In this document: positions 20,001 to 29,077 of the stretch, one piece after another
How positions within the stretch are numbered: the stretch's first letter is position 1
How the letters are laid out: each line of letters opens with the position of its first letter
Position numbers and translations under genes: made by a program
DNA from: an uncultured Chloroflexia bacterium
GTDB taxonomy: Bacteria > Chloroflexota > Limnocylindria > Limnocylindrales > CSP1-4
Length of the DNA: 64,000 nucleotides
Direction of reading: 5' to 3'
NCBI GenBank assembly: GCA_963720755.1
Contig: CAVRGP010000011.1
Location: 416,001 to 480,000 of the forward strand
Notes under the pieces: model-generated
The model's input: only the letters and a program-made list of their open reading frames with translations
The model's database searches: none
Told to the model about the DNA's origin: nothing

Positions 20001-21675
20001 CCGGATCGCGGGCGAGGACCGCTGGATCGCGGTCGAGGATGTCGCCCGCTTTCGGGACGGGGTCGGGATCGCCCCGCCGGTCGGCATCCCGGCGGCGTTC
20101 CTCGCTCCGGCGGTCGGCGCCCTCGATGGACTGTTGGCCAGATATGCGCGCACCCACGGCCCGTTCCTCACGCCCGACCCGAGCGGGCGCTGGGGCCTGC
20201 CGGGCGGGGTGGTCGGCGACGCGCTGGGCCGCCTGGAGGCGTCGGGGTCGCTGCTTCGTGGCGAGTTCCGTCCCGGAGGTGCGGAACGCGAATGGTGTGA
20301 TCCGGAGGTGCTTCGCCTGCTCCGGCGTCGCTCCCTGGCGCGACTCAGGCGCGAAGTCGAGCCGGTCGATCCGGCGGCACTCGCACGCTTCCTCCCCGAG
20401 TGGCAGGGGGTCGCTCCGGTCGGCCCGGAACGCGCGGTCCTCCGCGGGACCGCGGCTCTCGAACGCCTGGCCGAGGTCGTCGATCGACTGGCCGGGCTGC
20501 CGATCCCGGCGTCGGTCCTCGAGCGCGATGTCCTTCCCGCACGGATCCCCGGCTATCAGCCGCGACTGCTCGACGAGTTGGGTGCCCTCGGTGAGGTTGC
20601 CTGGGTAGGGCGGGGGAGTCTCGGCCGCGACGACGGGCGGATCGTGTTGGTCCGGCCGGGTCGGGAGATCCTCCGGCCGACCGGCCTGCCAGATGGGGTC
20701 GAGTCTCCCTCGGGGGTACGCCACGTGGCCATCCGCGAGCATCTCGCCGAGCGCGGTGCCTCGTTCTATCGAGAGCTGTTCGCTGCGGCGGGCGGCCATT
20801 CGGACCGCGAGGTGCTCGATGCCCTGTGGGACCTGGTCTGGGCCGGCGAAGTCACCAACGACACGTTCGCTCCGCTGCGCGCCTTGCGCTGGAAGCGAGC
20901 GGGCAGTCGTGGGTCGCCCCGCGGCCACGGTCGTCCCGGTCGACTCACGGCCCTTGGGCCACCGGAAGCAGCCGGGCGCTGGTCCCTGGTGACGGCGGCC
21001 CAGGCGACCGTCGGCGCAAGCAGAGTCCCGGCGGGCGGTCCGACCGAGCGCCTGCATGCCCAGAGCCTGGAACTCCTGGAGCGCTACGGGATCCTCACCC
21101 GCGACGCGGTCGCAAGCGAGGGGATCGTCGGCGGATTCGCCGCCGTCTATCCGGTCCTGCGGGCGATGGAGGACGCCGGGCGCATCCGCCGCGGTTACTT
21201 CGTCGATGGGCTCGGCGCCGCGCAGTTCGCCCTGGCCGGAGCGCTCGACCGGCTGCGAGCCGTGCGCGAGCCGGCGGACCCGACGGGGTCGGGTCAGGTC
21301 CATCTGCTGGCCGCCGCCGATCCTGCCAATCCCTATGGGGTCGCCCTGGCGTGGCCGCGCCGGGGCGAGGCGGACCGGCGTCCACTCCAGCGTGCGGCAG
21401 GCGCCTACGTCGTCCTCGTGGACGGCGTCGCGACGCTCTATCTCGAACGGGGAGGGGCGACGCTCCAGACCCTGCCCGCCGCCGACGAGCCCGCCACGGC
21501 GTCCGCGGCGGCAGGCGGACTCGGAGCGCTCGTCGCGGACGGACGGTTTCGCGACCTGGTGATCCGAAAGGTGGATGGCGACGACGTCGCGGCATCGCCC
21601 TTCCGCCCGCGGCTGCTCGATGCCGGATTCGTGGCCGGCTATCGCGGTCTCGTGTTCCGGACGGGCCGCGGCTGA
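17086..21675 (+). CDS. lhr: Lhr SF2 helicase, long form
   Basis: APTGSGKT, YVSPLKAL, DILITTPESLYL, DEVH, AHHGS, QRVGRAGH. Long C-terminus with RRGYFV.GLG and AAADPANPYG. 1529 aa. Confidence 0.95.
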   Translation: MVAPVRVSDPLAPFSPAVRDWFASSFEAPTEAQARGWAAISSGRHTLIHAPTGSGKTLAAFLWCLDRLATDPSPTPTREHPGAVRVLYVSPLKALTYDIERNLRAPLTGIAHAAARLGEVPPAISVASRTGDTPTEERRQIARRPPDILITTPESLYLMLTSAAREVLRAVEYVIVDEVHAIAGSKRGAHLALSLERLDALRPEGRSPIQRIGLSATQRPLDTIARFLGGLGPDREVEIVDAGSRKPLDLQVIVPVDDMSAMGEVLPPDERPGGPATGPDARTSIWPAIHPRILELIRAHRSTIVFTNSRRLSERLAQRLNELAGEELVRAHHGSVAREQRLEIEEGLKAGRLPAIVATSSLELGIDMGAVDLVIQVESPTSVARGLQRVGRAGHQVGAPSKGVIFPKYRGDLLECAIVTRRMHEGAIESTQLPRNPLDVLAQQLVAMTVMDSWSVDDLLACVSRAAPYETLTREVLEGVLGMLAGAYPSDEFAELKPRIVWDRVTDRVEGRRDARVVAVTSGGTIPDRGLFGVFMVGEAGTPGRRVGELDEEMVYELRVGMHGDVIVLGASSWRVEEIGRDRVTVSPAPGVPGKLPFWHGDAVGRPIELGRAMGAFVRELEADLGRGVTGRQAATDRLRESHDLDERAADNLLAYLEDERAVTSVLPTDRRIVVERFRDELGDWRLCLLTPFGGRVHAPWALALEARIGERLGLEVQTIWSDDGIAIRLPEGDAPLDGIEALLFPDAGEIEDLVVGRLATSALFASRFRENAGRALLLPRRRPGTRTPLWQQRQRAADLLAVASRYGSFPILVETYRECLSDVFDLPALREIMAGVASREIAVHAIETASASPFASSLMFDYVAAYMYDGDTPLAERRAGALTLDRDLLRELLGQEELRELIDPDALADLELSLQALIDERRAATIDGVHDLLRRLGDLSSPEIAARVEGGAEVADAWLDELASARRIVRTRIAGEDRWIAVEDVARFRDGVGIAPPVGIPAAFLAPAVGALDGLLARYARTHGPFLTPDPSGRWGLPGGVVGDALGRLEASGSLLRGEFRPGGAEREWCDPEVLRLLRRRSLARLRREVEPVDPAALARFLPEWQGVAPVGPERAVLRGTAALERLAEVVDRLAGLPIPASVLERDVLPARIPGYQPRLLDELGALGEVAWVGRGSLGRDDGRIVLVRPGREILRPTGLPDGVESPSGVRHVAIREHLAERGASFYRELFAAAGGHSDREVLDALWDLVWAGEVTNDTFAPLRALRWKRAGSRGSPRGHGRPGRLTALGPPEAAGRWSLVTAAQATVGASRVPAGGPTERLHAQSLELLERYGILTRDAVASEGIVGGFAAVYPVLRAMEDAGRIRRGYFVDGLGAAQFALAGALDRLRAVREPADPTGSGQVHLLAAADPANPYGVALAWPRRGEADRRPLQRAAGAYVVLVDGVATLYLERGGATLQTLPAADEPATASAAAGGLGALVADGRFRDLVIRKVDGDDVAASPFRPRLLDAGFVAGYRGLVFRTGRG

Positions 21676-21681
21676 TCCAGG

Positions 21682-22509
21682 ATGCCCGAGGGCGACACGC
21701 TCCACCGGACCGCAGCCGGGCTCCGACCGTATCTCGTGGGCCGGAAGGTCACGGCCGCGCGCACCGCCGGCCCCGGTCGGGTGCCCCAGGTCCACCGGAT
21801 CGTCGGTCGCGAGGTCATCGCGGTCGAAGCGATCGGCAAGAACCTGCTGATCCGGTTCGACGGCGGCCTGGAGATCCGGACGCATCTGCGGATGAACGGC
21901 TCGTGGCATCGGTACCGACCAGGCGAGCCCTGGCGACGGGCGCCTGCCCGGGCCCGCCTCGTGCTGGAGGTCCCCGGCGCCGTCGCCGTCTGCTTCGATG
22001 CGCCGGTCGTGGAGTTGCTCGAGCAACGAGCGGAGGGCCTCCACCCACCGCTCGGTGGCCTCGGTCCGGATCTCCTCGACCCGGCTGCCGACCTGGATGT
22101 CGTTGTTCGCCGGTTGCGGGATGCGTCGCGGGCCGATCTCGAGATCGGCGTGGCCCTGCTCGATCAACGTGCCACAGCGGGGATCGGCAACGTCTACAAG
22201 AGCGAGACCCTCTGGATCGAACGCGTCTCCCCGTTCGCGCCGGTCCGCGACCTCGACGACGGCACGCTCCGGCGGCTGGTCTCGACCGCGGCCCGGCTGC
22301 TCCGGGCGAACGTCTCGACTGGACACGGGCCGGAACGGATCACGACCGCAGGTGACCCCGGCGCCCCCGGTCCCCTGTATGTCTATCGTCGGACCGGGCG
22401 CCCGTGCCGGCGATGCCGGCGACCGATCTCGAGCCGGCGCCAGGGGACGGATCTGCCTCGGACCACGTACTGGTGTCCGACCTGTCAGGACCCGGGAGAG
22501 GCCGGCTGA
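21682..22509 (+). CDS. nei: Fpg/Nei-family DNA glycosylase
   Basis: MPEGDT N-terminus, GKNL, HLRMNGSW, LLDQ..AGIGNVYKSE, zinc finger CRRC..CPTCQ. Confidence 0.93.
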   Translation: MPEGDTLHRTAAGLRPYLVGRKVTAARTAGPGRVPQVHRIVGREVIAVEAIGKNLLIRFDGGLEIRTHLRMNGSWHRYRPGEPWRRAPARARLVLEVPGAVAVCFDAPVVELLEQRAEGLHPPLGGLGPDLLDPAADLDVVVRRLRDASRADLEIGVALLDQRATAGIGNVYKSETLWIERVSPFAPVRDLDDGTLRRLVSTAARLLRANVSTGHGPERITTAGDPGAPGPLYVYRRTGRPCRRCRRPISSRRQGTDLPRTTYWCPTCQDPGEAG

Positions 22510-23468
22510 TCGGGTGTCCGTCCGATGCCCCACCGGCTGGCCAGCCAGGCTCGTGCCCCCGCGAGCCAATGTCGCCATGTCGCCGGCCGGAAGATGTCCA
22601 GTGGATCTTCCTTGCGGTAGAACCACGGAACGGTCGCCCACAGGTACACGAGGAAATCGAGCCGCACCGGCCGCGCCCCGAACCCGAACAGCGCCTTCAT
22701 CTGGATGATCGTCAGGGGCAGGGTCAGGAGGCTGAGACCGACCGACACGACCAGCCAGAAGACCCCCCACTGTTTCGCTCGCCCGGGCAGGATCGGCCAG
22801 AACAGGACCGGGACCCATTTCATCCAGGTCGCAAGCGCCCAGAGCAACCCTCCAAGCCGGGGGCCGGTGAACTGGGCCGCCCAGAGCATCAAGGTGAGCT
22901 GCAGGTTGATGTTGCCGGTGTCCAGATTTGCGCCGAACGGGAAGGCCAGCGCGGCGACGATCAGCGCGGTCGTCAGCGGACGACGTCGATAGGCCCAGTG
23001 GATGGTCCACAGGAGCAGGAGGATCGTGCCGACCCGCCACACGAACCAGGCGACATCCCAGGGCAGCATCGCCCACGGGACGAACAGCGGCAGCATCCAG
23101 GGGGCATAGACGTACGGCAGGAATGGCCCGACCGGGTGGTAGGGGTCGCCGCCGTTGAGCCACAGCCGAACCCCGGCCCAGTAGGCCCGGGCATCGGCCC
23201 CGCCCGCGTCGCCCCGGGCGATCAGCCCGGACAGGACCAGCGCGAAGCTCAGGCTCAGGAGCACGATCGCCGCGACTCGCCGTGGATCGCGGAGGCGGAA
23301 GACCTCGCGGCGGAGGGCTCGTCGGAACACGCCCGCGCGTCGGCGTGTTCCGCGATCGATATGCTCGGACAGATCGACCACGATCCGACCACGGCCGCGG
23401 GCACTGCCTGGGACGGGCTGAAGGCCGTTTCCCGGCTGCAGGCCGTTCGGGGGCACGGACGCGCTCAT
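22485..23468 (-). CDS. GT87/DUF2029-family membrane glycosyltransferase
   Basis: GADARAYW, DPY, YVYAPW, NLDTGNIN and multiple TM helices. Start uncertain. Confidence 0.75.
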   Translation of the reverse strand: MSASVPPNGLQPGNGLQPVPGSARGRGRIVVDLSEHIDRGTRRRAGVFRRALRREVFRLRDPRRVAAIVLLSLSFALVLSGLIARGDAGGADARAYWAGVRLWLNGGDPYHPVGPFLPYVYAPWMLPLFVPWAMLPWDVAWFVWRVGTILLLLWTIHWAYRRRPLTTALIVAALAFPFGANLDTGNINLQLTLMLWAAQFTGPRLGGLLWALATWMKWVPVLFWPILPGRAKQWGVFWLVVSVGLSLLTLPLTIIQMKALFGFGARPVRLDFLVYLWATVPWFYRKEDPLDIFRPATWRHWLAGARAWLASRWGIGRTPDQPASPGS

Positions 23469-23526
23469 GGCACCGGCATTCTCGCATGCGTGGTCGCCCC
23501 GGTCGCCCCGGTATACTCCGCCGGAC

Positions 23527-24363
23527 ATGGCCGATGGAACCGTCATCATCATCGGCGGCGCCGAGGACAAGGTTCGCGACCGCGTCATCCTGAGCCGATT
23601 CGTCGAGCTTGCAGGTGGCGAGAAGGCCACGATCGCCGTCATCAGCACCGCCTCATCTCTCGGGCTCGAAGCCGGGGAGCGGTACCGCGCGGTCTTTGGT
23701 GAGCTCGGCGTGAAGCACGTGCGGCCGCTCCATGCGGTGACCCGTCCACAGGCCAACGACGAGGCGGCCGTGAGCGCCGTCCGCGATGCGACCGGGGTCT
23801 TCCTGACCGGTGGGAACCAGCTGCGGCTGTCATCCACGCTCGGCGGCACCCGCCTGGCCGAGGCTGTCCTGGACCGGTTCCAGAACGGTGCGGTGGTGGC
23901 CGGCACATCGGCGGGCGCATCGGCGATGTCCAGCCACATGATCGCGTTCGGCGCCTCCGGGGCGACCCCGAAGCACCGGATGGCCCAGATCGCAGCGGGA
24001 CTGGGCGTCCTGCCCGGCGTCATCGTCGACCAGCATTTCCAGCAACGCAACCGGCTCGGTCGGCTGCTCAGCCTGATCGCCCAGAACCCCAGCCTGCTCG
24101 GCCTCGGGGTCGATGAGGACACTGCCGGGGTCGTCGGCCCGGATCACATCATGGACGTCATCGGGCGCGGCTCGATCACGGTGGTCGATGGTTCCCACTC
24201 GGAGACCGATGCCTGGGAGGTCCATGGGCACCGGCCACTCATGATCAGCGGTGTCGTGCTCCACTCGTTGCCTGCCGGCTACCGCTTCGACCTTCGCCAT
24301 CGGGAGCGCGTCGCCACCCCAGCGCTGCATGCACTGTCGGGCGGCGAGGCCGCCTCGAGCTAG
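23527..24363 (+). CDS. cphB: cyanophycinase
   Basis: IIGGAEDK, TGGNQLRL, GTSAGA nucleophile motif, IVDQHFQQRNRLGRL, GVDEDT. Confidence 0.93.
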   Translation: MADGTVIIIGGAEDKVRDRVILSRFVELAGGEKATIAVISTASSLGLEAGERYRAVFGELGVKHVRPLHAVTRPQANDEAAVSAVRDATGVFLTGGNQLRLSSTLGGTRLAEAVLDRFQNGAVVAGTSAGASAMSSHMIAFGASGATPKHRMAQIAAGLGVLPGVIVDQHFQQRNRLGRLLSLIAQNPSLLGLGVDEDTAGVVGPDHIMDVIGRGSITVVDGSHSETDAWEVHGHRPLMISGVVLHSLPAGYRFDLRHRERVATPALHALSGGEAASS

Positions 24364-24398
24364 CCCACGGCGGGACCGCCGATAGATGGAGGGAACTC

Positions 24399-27257
24399 GT
24401 GGCTGACACCGTGGCTGGCTCCCCATCCGCTCCCCGCAAGAAGCGGGCCAGTCGGGCCAAGGCCACGCCGCCGTCTGGTCCGGCGCCCACCTTGCGGATC
24501 CTCGAGACGCGCGTGCTGCGCGGCCCGAATTACTGGGCTCGCGAGCCGGTCATCCGTCTCCTGCTCGATCTTGGTGTCCTCGAGGCGTACCCGTCGAACC
24601 TCCTGCCGGACTTCGCGGATGCGCTCGTCGCGCTCCTGCCGACGCTCGAGGACCACGCCTGCTCGCTCGGCCGGCGCGGCGGTTTCGTCACGCGGCTTCG
24701 CGACGGGACCTGGGTCGGCCACATCGCGGAGCACGTCGCCCTGGAGTTCCAGAACCTCGCCGGGACCGATGTCCGGCACGGGAAGACGCGGGCGGCCGGG
24801 CCGGTCGGCCAGTACAACTGCATCTACGAATATCGCGAGGAGGCGGTCGGCCTCGAGGCCGGCCGGATGGCGGTGGCGCTCGTCAATCACCTCGTCGCCC
24901 CCGACGACCCATCGGTCTTCTTCGACTTCGCGCCGGAGATGGAGCGACTGATCCGGCTCGCCGAGCGGCAGGCATTCGGGCCATCGACCCAGGCCCTGAT
25001 CGATGAGGCGGTCAGCCGCGACATCCCGTTCTTCCGGCTGGATCGCCACTCCCTCGTCCAGTTCGGCCACGGTGTTCATCAGCAGCGGATCCGGGCGACG
25101 ATGACCTCGCTCACCTCGGCCATCGGGGTCGATGTGGCGTCGGACAAGAGCCTGACCAATCGCCTCCTCGACTCGGCCGGCTTGCCCGTGCCCAGAGCGG
25201 ATGTGGTGGATACGGAGGAAGCCGCGGTCGCCGTGGCGCGGCGGCTTGGCTTCCCATGCGTCCTGAAGCCGCTCGACGGCAACCACGGCCGCGGCGTCCA
25301 CCTCGATCTGCAGTCCGACGATGAGGTCCGCGCCGCCTTCCACGGAGCGCTCGCCCAGAGCCGGAGCGGCGACGTGGTCGTGGAAACGTACGTGGCCGGC
25401 AACGACTACCGCTGCCTGGTCATCGGAGGCAAAGTGGCGGCGATCGCCGAACGTGTCCCGGCGTCGGTCGTCGGGAACGGTGAGCACTCCATCCGAGCCC
25501 TCGTGGACATCGCCAACAGCGACCCGCGGCGGGGGATCGGCCATGAGAAGGTCTTGACCCGGATCAACGTCGACGAGGCGGCCGAGGAGCTGGTCCGTGG
25601 CCAGGGCTTCGAGCTGGATGACACCCTGCCGGATGGCGTCAGGGTCAAGCTGGCCCTGACCGGCAACATGTCGACCGGCGGGACGTCGATCGACCGGACC
25701 ATCGAGGCACATCCCGACAACGTCGAGATCGCCGAGACCGCGGCTCGGATCGTCGGGCTCGACGTGGCCGGCATCGACTTCATCTGTCCCGACATCGCCA
25801 CGCCCGTGCGGGAGACGGGTGGCGCGATCGTCGAAGTCAACGCGGCGCCCGGATTCCGGATGCACACGCACCCGACCGAAGGCGAGCCGCAATACGTCGC
25901 CCGGCCGGTCATCGACTCGCTCTTCCCGTCGGGCTCGTCGGCCCGGATCCCGATCATCGCGGTGACCGGCACCAACGGCAAGACGACGACCGTCCGGATG
26001 ATCGCCCACATCCTCAAGCTGATGGGTCGCCGGGTCGGGATGACGTCGACCGACGGCATCGTGGTCGACGGACGGCTCATCAAGAAGGGCGACATGTCCG
26101 GACCGAAGTCGGCCCAGATGGTGCTCCAGAACCCGACCGTCGATACGGCGGTCTTCGAGGTCGCCCGTGGCGGCATCCTGCGCGAGGGGCTCGGATACGA
26201 CCGCAACGACGTCGCGGTCGTGACCAACGTCACCGGCGACCACCTGGGCCTCGGTGGCATCGATTCGATCGGTCAGTTGGCGAATGTCAAGGGTGTCGTC
26301 GTGGAGGCCGTCCCTCGGTCCGGGACGGCGGTCCTCAACGCGGACGACAACCACGTTTACCGGATGGGCCGGCACTGCGCCGGCCGGGTGGTCCTGTTCA
26401 GCATGGCCACGGCCAAGGGCGAGGATGGCTACGACCGGGTGGACGGCCACACGTCGCGTGGCGGCGCCGCATTCCGGGTCGAAGCCTCCGACGAAGGTGA
26501 GCTCATCGTGCTTCGCCTCGGCTCCCGGACGATGCCGGTCCTGTACACCCACCTCATCCCGGCGACCTTCGGCGGCCGGGCCCGGATGAATGTGGCCAAT
26601 GCCCTGGCCGCCGCCGCGGCCGCCTGGGCGGCTGGAGCTCATCTCCACGATATCCGCCAGGGCCTGCGGACCTTCTCGACGTCGTTCTTCCAGGCGCCCG
26701 GGCGCCTGAACCTCGTCGACGTCGGCGGCGTGCGGGTCGTGATCGACTACTGCCACAACGTGGACGGGATGCGCCAGCTGGCCGACTTCGTGAGCCGGAT
26801 GATGGTCGACGCACCAACGAAGTCCGGGCGGATCGGCGCAGCCGCGACGGCGTCGCGATCCGGCCGAGCCATCGGGGTCATCGGGATCCCGGGCGACCGG
26901 CGCGACGACGACCAGCGGCAGTACGGGGCGATCGCCGCCAGCGCGTTCGACGAGATCATCGTGCGCGAAGACAAGAACCTGCGCGGCCGCACACCCGGCG
27001 AGACTGCCGTCAATGTCATCGACGGCGTTCGCGAGGCGAAGGCCGATGGGTCGGCGCGGGTCGGCCGGGCCGACAAGGTGCTCGACGAGATGACCGCCGT
27101 CCGGGCGGCCCTGCGCCGGGCGATCCCGGGCGACCTCGTCGTGTGCTGCGTCGACGATGCGGTCGGGGTGTACCGGGAGGCCATGGCCGCGGCCGGGTCG
27201 ACCGGGGGCGGATCCGCGTTCGCCGATCCCGGTGAACTCGAAGCACCGGAAGGATAA
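24399..27257 (+). CDS. cphA: cyanophycin synthetase CphA1
   Basis: N domain (RGPNYW, Cx19HxxEH), ATP-grasp G domain (GPST, KPLDGNHGRGV, EVNAAPGFRMH) and Mur-ligase M domain (VTGTNGKTTT, EVARGG, PGRLN). Confidence 0.95.
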   Translation: MADTVAGSPSAPRKKRASRAKATPPSGPAPTLRILETRVLRGPNYWAREPVIRLLLDLGVLEAYPSNLLPDFADALVALLPTLEDHACSLGRRGGFVTRLRDGTWVGHIAEHVALEFQNLAGTDVRHGKTRAAGPVGQYNCIYEYREEAVGLEAGRMAVALVNHLVAPDDPSVFFDFAPEMERLIRLAERQAFGPSTQALIDEAVSRDIPFFRLDRHSLVQFGHGVHQQRIRATMTSLTSAIGVDVASDKSLTNRLLDSAGLPVPRADVVDTEEAAVAVARRLGFPCVLKPLDGNHGRGVHLDLQSDDEVRAAFHGALAQSRSGDVVVETYVAGNDYRCLVIGGKVAAIAERVPASVVGNGEHSIRALVDIANSDPRRGIGHEKVLTRINVDEAAEELVRGQGFELDDTLPDGVRVKLALTGNMSTGGTSIDRTIEAHPDNVEIAETAARIVGLDVAGIDFICPDIATPVRETGGAIVEVNAAPGFRMHTHPTEGEPQYVARPVIDSLFPSGSSARIPIIAVTGTNGKTTTVRMIAHILKLMGRRVGMTSTDGIVVDGRLIKKGDMSGPKSAQMVLQNPTVDTAVFEVARGGILREGLGYDRNDVAVVTNVTGDHLGLGGIDSIGQLANVKGVVVEAVPRSGTAVLNADDNHVYRMGRHCAGRVVLFSMATAKGEDGYDRVDGHTSRGGAAFRVEASDEGELIVLRLGSRTMPVLYTHLIPATFGGRARMNVANALAAAAAAWAAGAHLHDIRQGLRTFSTSFFQAPGRLNLVDVGGVRVVIDYCHNVDGMRQLADFVSRMMVDAPTKSGRIGAAATASRSGRAIGVIGIPGDRRDDDQRQYGAIAASAFDEIIVREDKNLRGRTPGETAVNVIDGVREAKADGSARVGRADKVLDEMTAVRAALRRAIPGDLVVCCVDDAVGVYREAMAAAGSTGGGSAFADPGELEAPEG

Positions 27258-27269
27258 GGATCGTCGCGA

Positions 27270-29033
27270 TCAGGCCCGGCGCGGCCGTCCCTGCATCCTC
27301 GGGACGAGGGTCGTGAGCTCGGTTGCCACATCGATCGGTCGTGCGCCCATCTCGGCCAGCAGCTCGAACACGCCGTCGCGATCCTCGTGGCACATGAGCA
27401 CGATCACCCTGGCGGCGTCCGGGCGGGCTCCGTGGATGCCACCGCCGGCTGCCCCGTTGAGTTCGGCCCGGAGCGCATCCGTCTCGCTGTCGTAGATCGG
27501 GACATCGGCCGGGTCGATCCCACCGGCGACGACCCCGACGAGGATCTCGCCCACCACCAATTCGGCGGTCCGTCCGCGGAGGTACCGAAGAGTCTGCTTG
27601 ATGGCCACCCGTTGCGCCCGCTCGGCCGCGATCCGGCCGATCCCACGGAGCGTGTCATCGGGGCGGTCGCCGGCCGTCCCGATGATCGCGGTGATCGGTG
27701 CGGCCCGACCCGCGGCGCCGCCGGCGATCCCCTCTGCGACGTCGAGGACGGCCCCGACCCCGGCCTCGTTGTGGGCGAAGTCGACGATCACGGTCCGGGC
27801 TCCGATCCGGTACAGGTTGAGCCGCCCCGGCGAGCGTTCCGCGCTCGGCGCGAAGTCGGCCAGCCCATCGCGGACCTCGGCGATCGAGGCCCCGAGGCCG
27901 CGGGCGCCACCGGCGGCGGCCATCGCGTTGGCGACGTTGTGGCGGGCCAACCCCCCGATCGTGATCGGAACCTCGACGACATCGACGATCGGCGTCTCCG
28001 ATGCCCCGTCGGCTTCGATGATCGTCCCGGCTCGGACCAGGTAGGCGCGACCGCCGCGCGCACGATGGCGCCGAACCACATCCGACCCGTCGCCATCCAT
28101 CGTGAACAGCGCGACCTTCGCCTTCACCCGGCGGGCGACCGCGGCGACCAGGGCGTCGTCGGCGTTGAGGACCACCCAGCCGTCGGCCCGGGTGATCCGG
28201 CAGACCGTCGACTTGACCTCGGCCAGCTCCGGTAGCGTGTGGATCCCCTGCAGGTCGAGGTGGTCGGACGAGACGTTGGTCAGGATGCTGGCGTCGTTCG
28301 ACTCATAGCCCATGCCGCGCAGGACGATCCCGCCGCGGGCCGTCTCCAGGACGGCCACGTCCACATCGCTCCGGGCCAGGATCTGGTGAGCGCCACCGGG
28401 CCCGGTCCAGTCCCCCTTGTCGACGATCCGCTCATCGACGAGTACCCCGTCCGAGGTGGTCGTTCCGACGTGGTGCCCGGCCACCAGGAGGATGTGCGTG
28501 ATCATCCGGGTCACGGTGCTCTTGCCGTTGGTGCCGGAGATCGAAACGACCGGGACCCGGCGCTCGGCATCGCGCACCCACTCGGGTGGGGTCGTGCGGG
28601 CCGCCACGATCCGCTCGGTCCACCGCGTGACGAGGCGCTCCTGGGCGCCGGTCAGCCGCGCCGTCTTCGACGGCGACACATCGCGCGCCGCCAGGGCAAG
28701 GGCCGCCTCGGTCAGCGTCATCGCCCGCTCGGCCCCGGACCATGGGAACGTGATGATCCAGTGACCCGGGTCCGATGAACGATGGACCGCCACCCCGCCC
28801 TTGCCCTCGTCGTGATCGACGCGCAGGCGACGGATCCAGGCCACGACGGCGGCCACGCCATCCGGTTGGTCACGAGCCCGGACGTCGGCCCCAAGGTGGA
28901 CGAGGGCGTGGCGCCCGGGGTCGCGCTGCCCATACCACGTTCGACGCCGGCCTGAAGCCAGCTCGACCTTGACCACCGGCTCGAGCCGGTAGACGTTCGG
29001 GCCCTCCAGCAGGCGGGTCTCGATGAGGCGCAC
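27270..29033 (-). CDS. CphA paralogue: N-domain-like start + Mur-ligase M domain, no ATP-grasp domain
   Basis: MRLIETRLLEGPNVY resembles the CphA start (LETRVLRGPNYW). It then carries SGTNGKST, TTSDG, GDWTGPGGA, ETARGG, TNVSSDHL, VLNADD, PGRLN, DFAHN, GDR. No KPxDGN or EVNxxPG motifs. Confidence 0.85.
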   Translation of the reverse strand: MRLIETRLLEGPNVYRLEPVVKVELASGRRRTWYGQRDPGRHALVHLGADVRARDQPDGVAAVVAWIRRLRVDHDEGKGGVAVHRSSDPGHWIITFPWSGAERAMTLTEAALALAARDVSPSKTARLTGAQERLVTRWTERIVAARTTPPEWVRDAERRVPVVSISGTNGKSTVTRMITHILLVAGHHVGTTTSDGVLVDERIVDKGDWTGPGGAHQILARSDVDVAVLETARGGIVLRGMGYESNDASILTNVSSDHLDLQGIHTLPELAEVKSTVCRITRADGWVVLNADDALVAAVARRVKAKVALFTMDGDGSDVVRRHRARGGRAYLVRAGTIIEADGASETPIVDVVEVPITIGGLARHNVANAMAAAGGARGLGASIAEVRDGLADFAPSAERSPGRLNLYRIGARTVIVDFAHNEAGVGAVLDVAEGIAGGAAGRAAPITAIIGTAGDRPDDTLRGIGRIAAERAQRVAIKQTLRYLRGRTAELVVGEILVGVVAGGIDPADVPIYDSETDALRAELNGAAGGGIHGARPDAARVIVLMCHEDRDGVFELLAEMGARPIDVATELTTLVPRMQGRPRRA

Positions 29034-29042
29034 GTTCCGGCG

Positions 29043-29070
29043 AGGATAGCAAGCCGCCGGAGGCTAGACT
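29043..29070. promoter_or_regulatory. back-to-back -10 elements for two divergent leaderless genes
   Basis: TATCCT (minus strand, 29043-29048) is 9 nt before the GTG at 29033. TAGACT (plus strand, 29065-29070) is 7 nt before the ATG at 29078. Confidence 0.5.
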
Positions 29071-29077
29071 GGACGTC

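Noticed and set aside
17128-23487. 2119-aa ORF on the minus strand
   Set aside because: Antisense shadow of lhr/nei in GC-rich DNA. It is Arg/Pro/Gly-rich with no motifs, and the plus-strand genes are clearly real.
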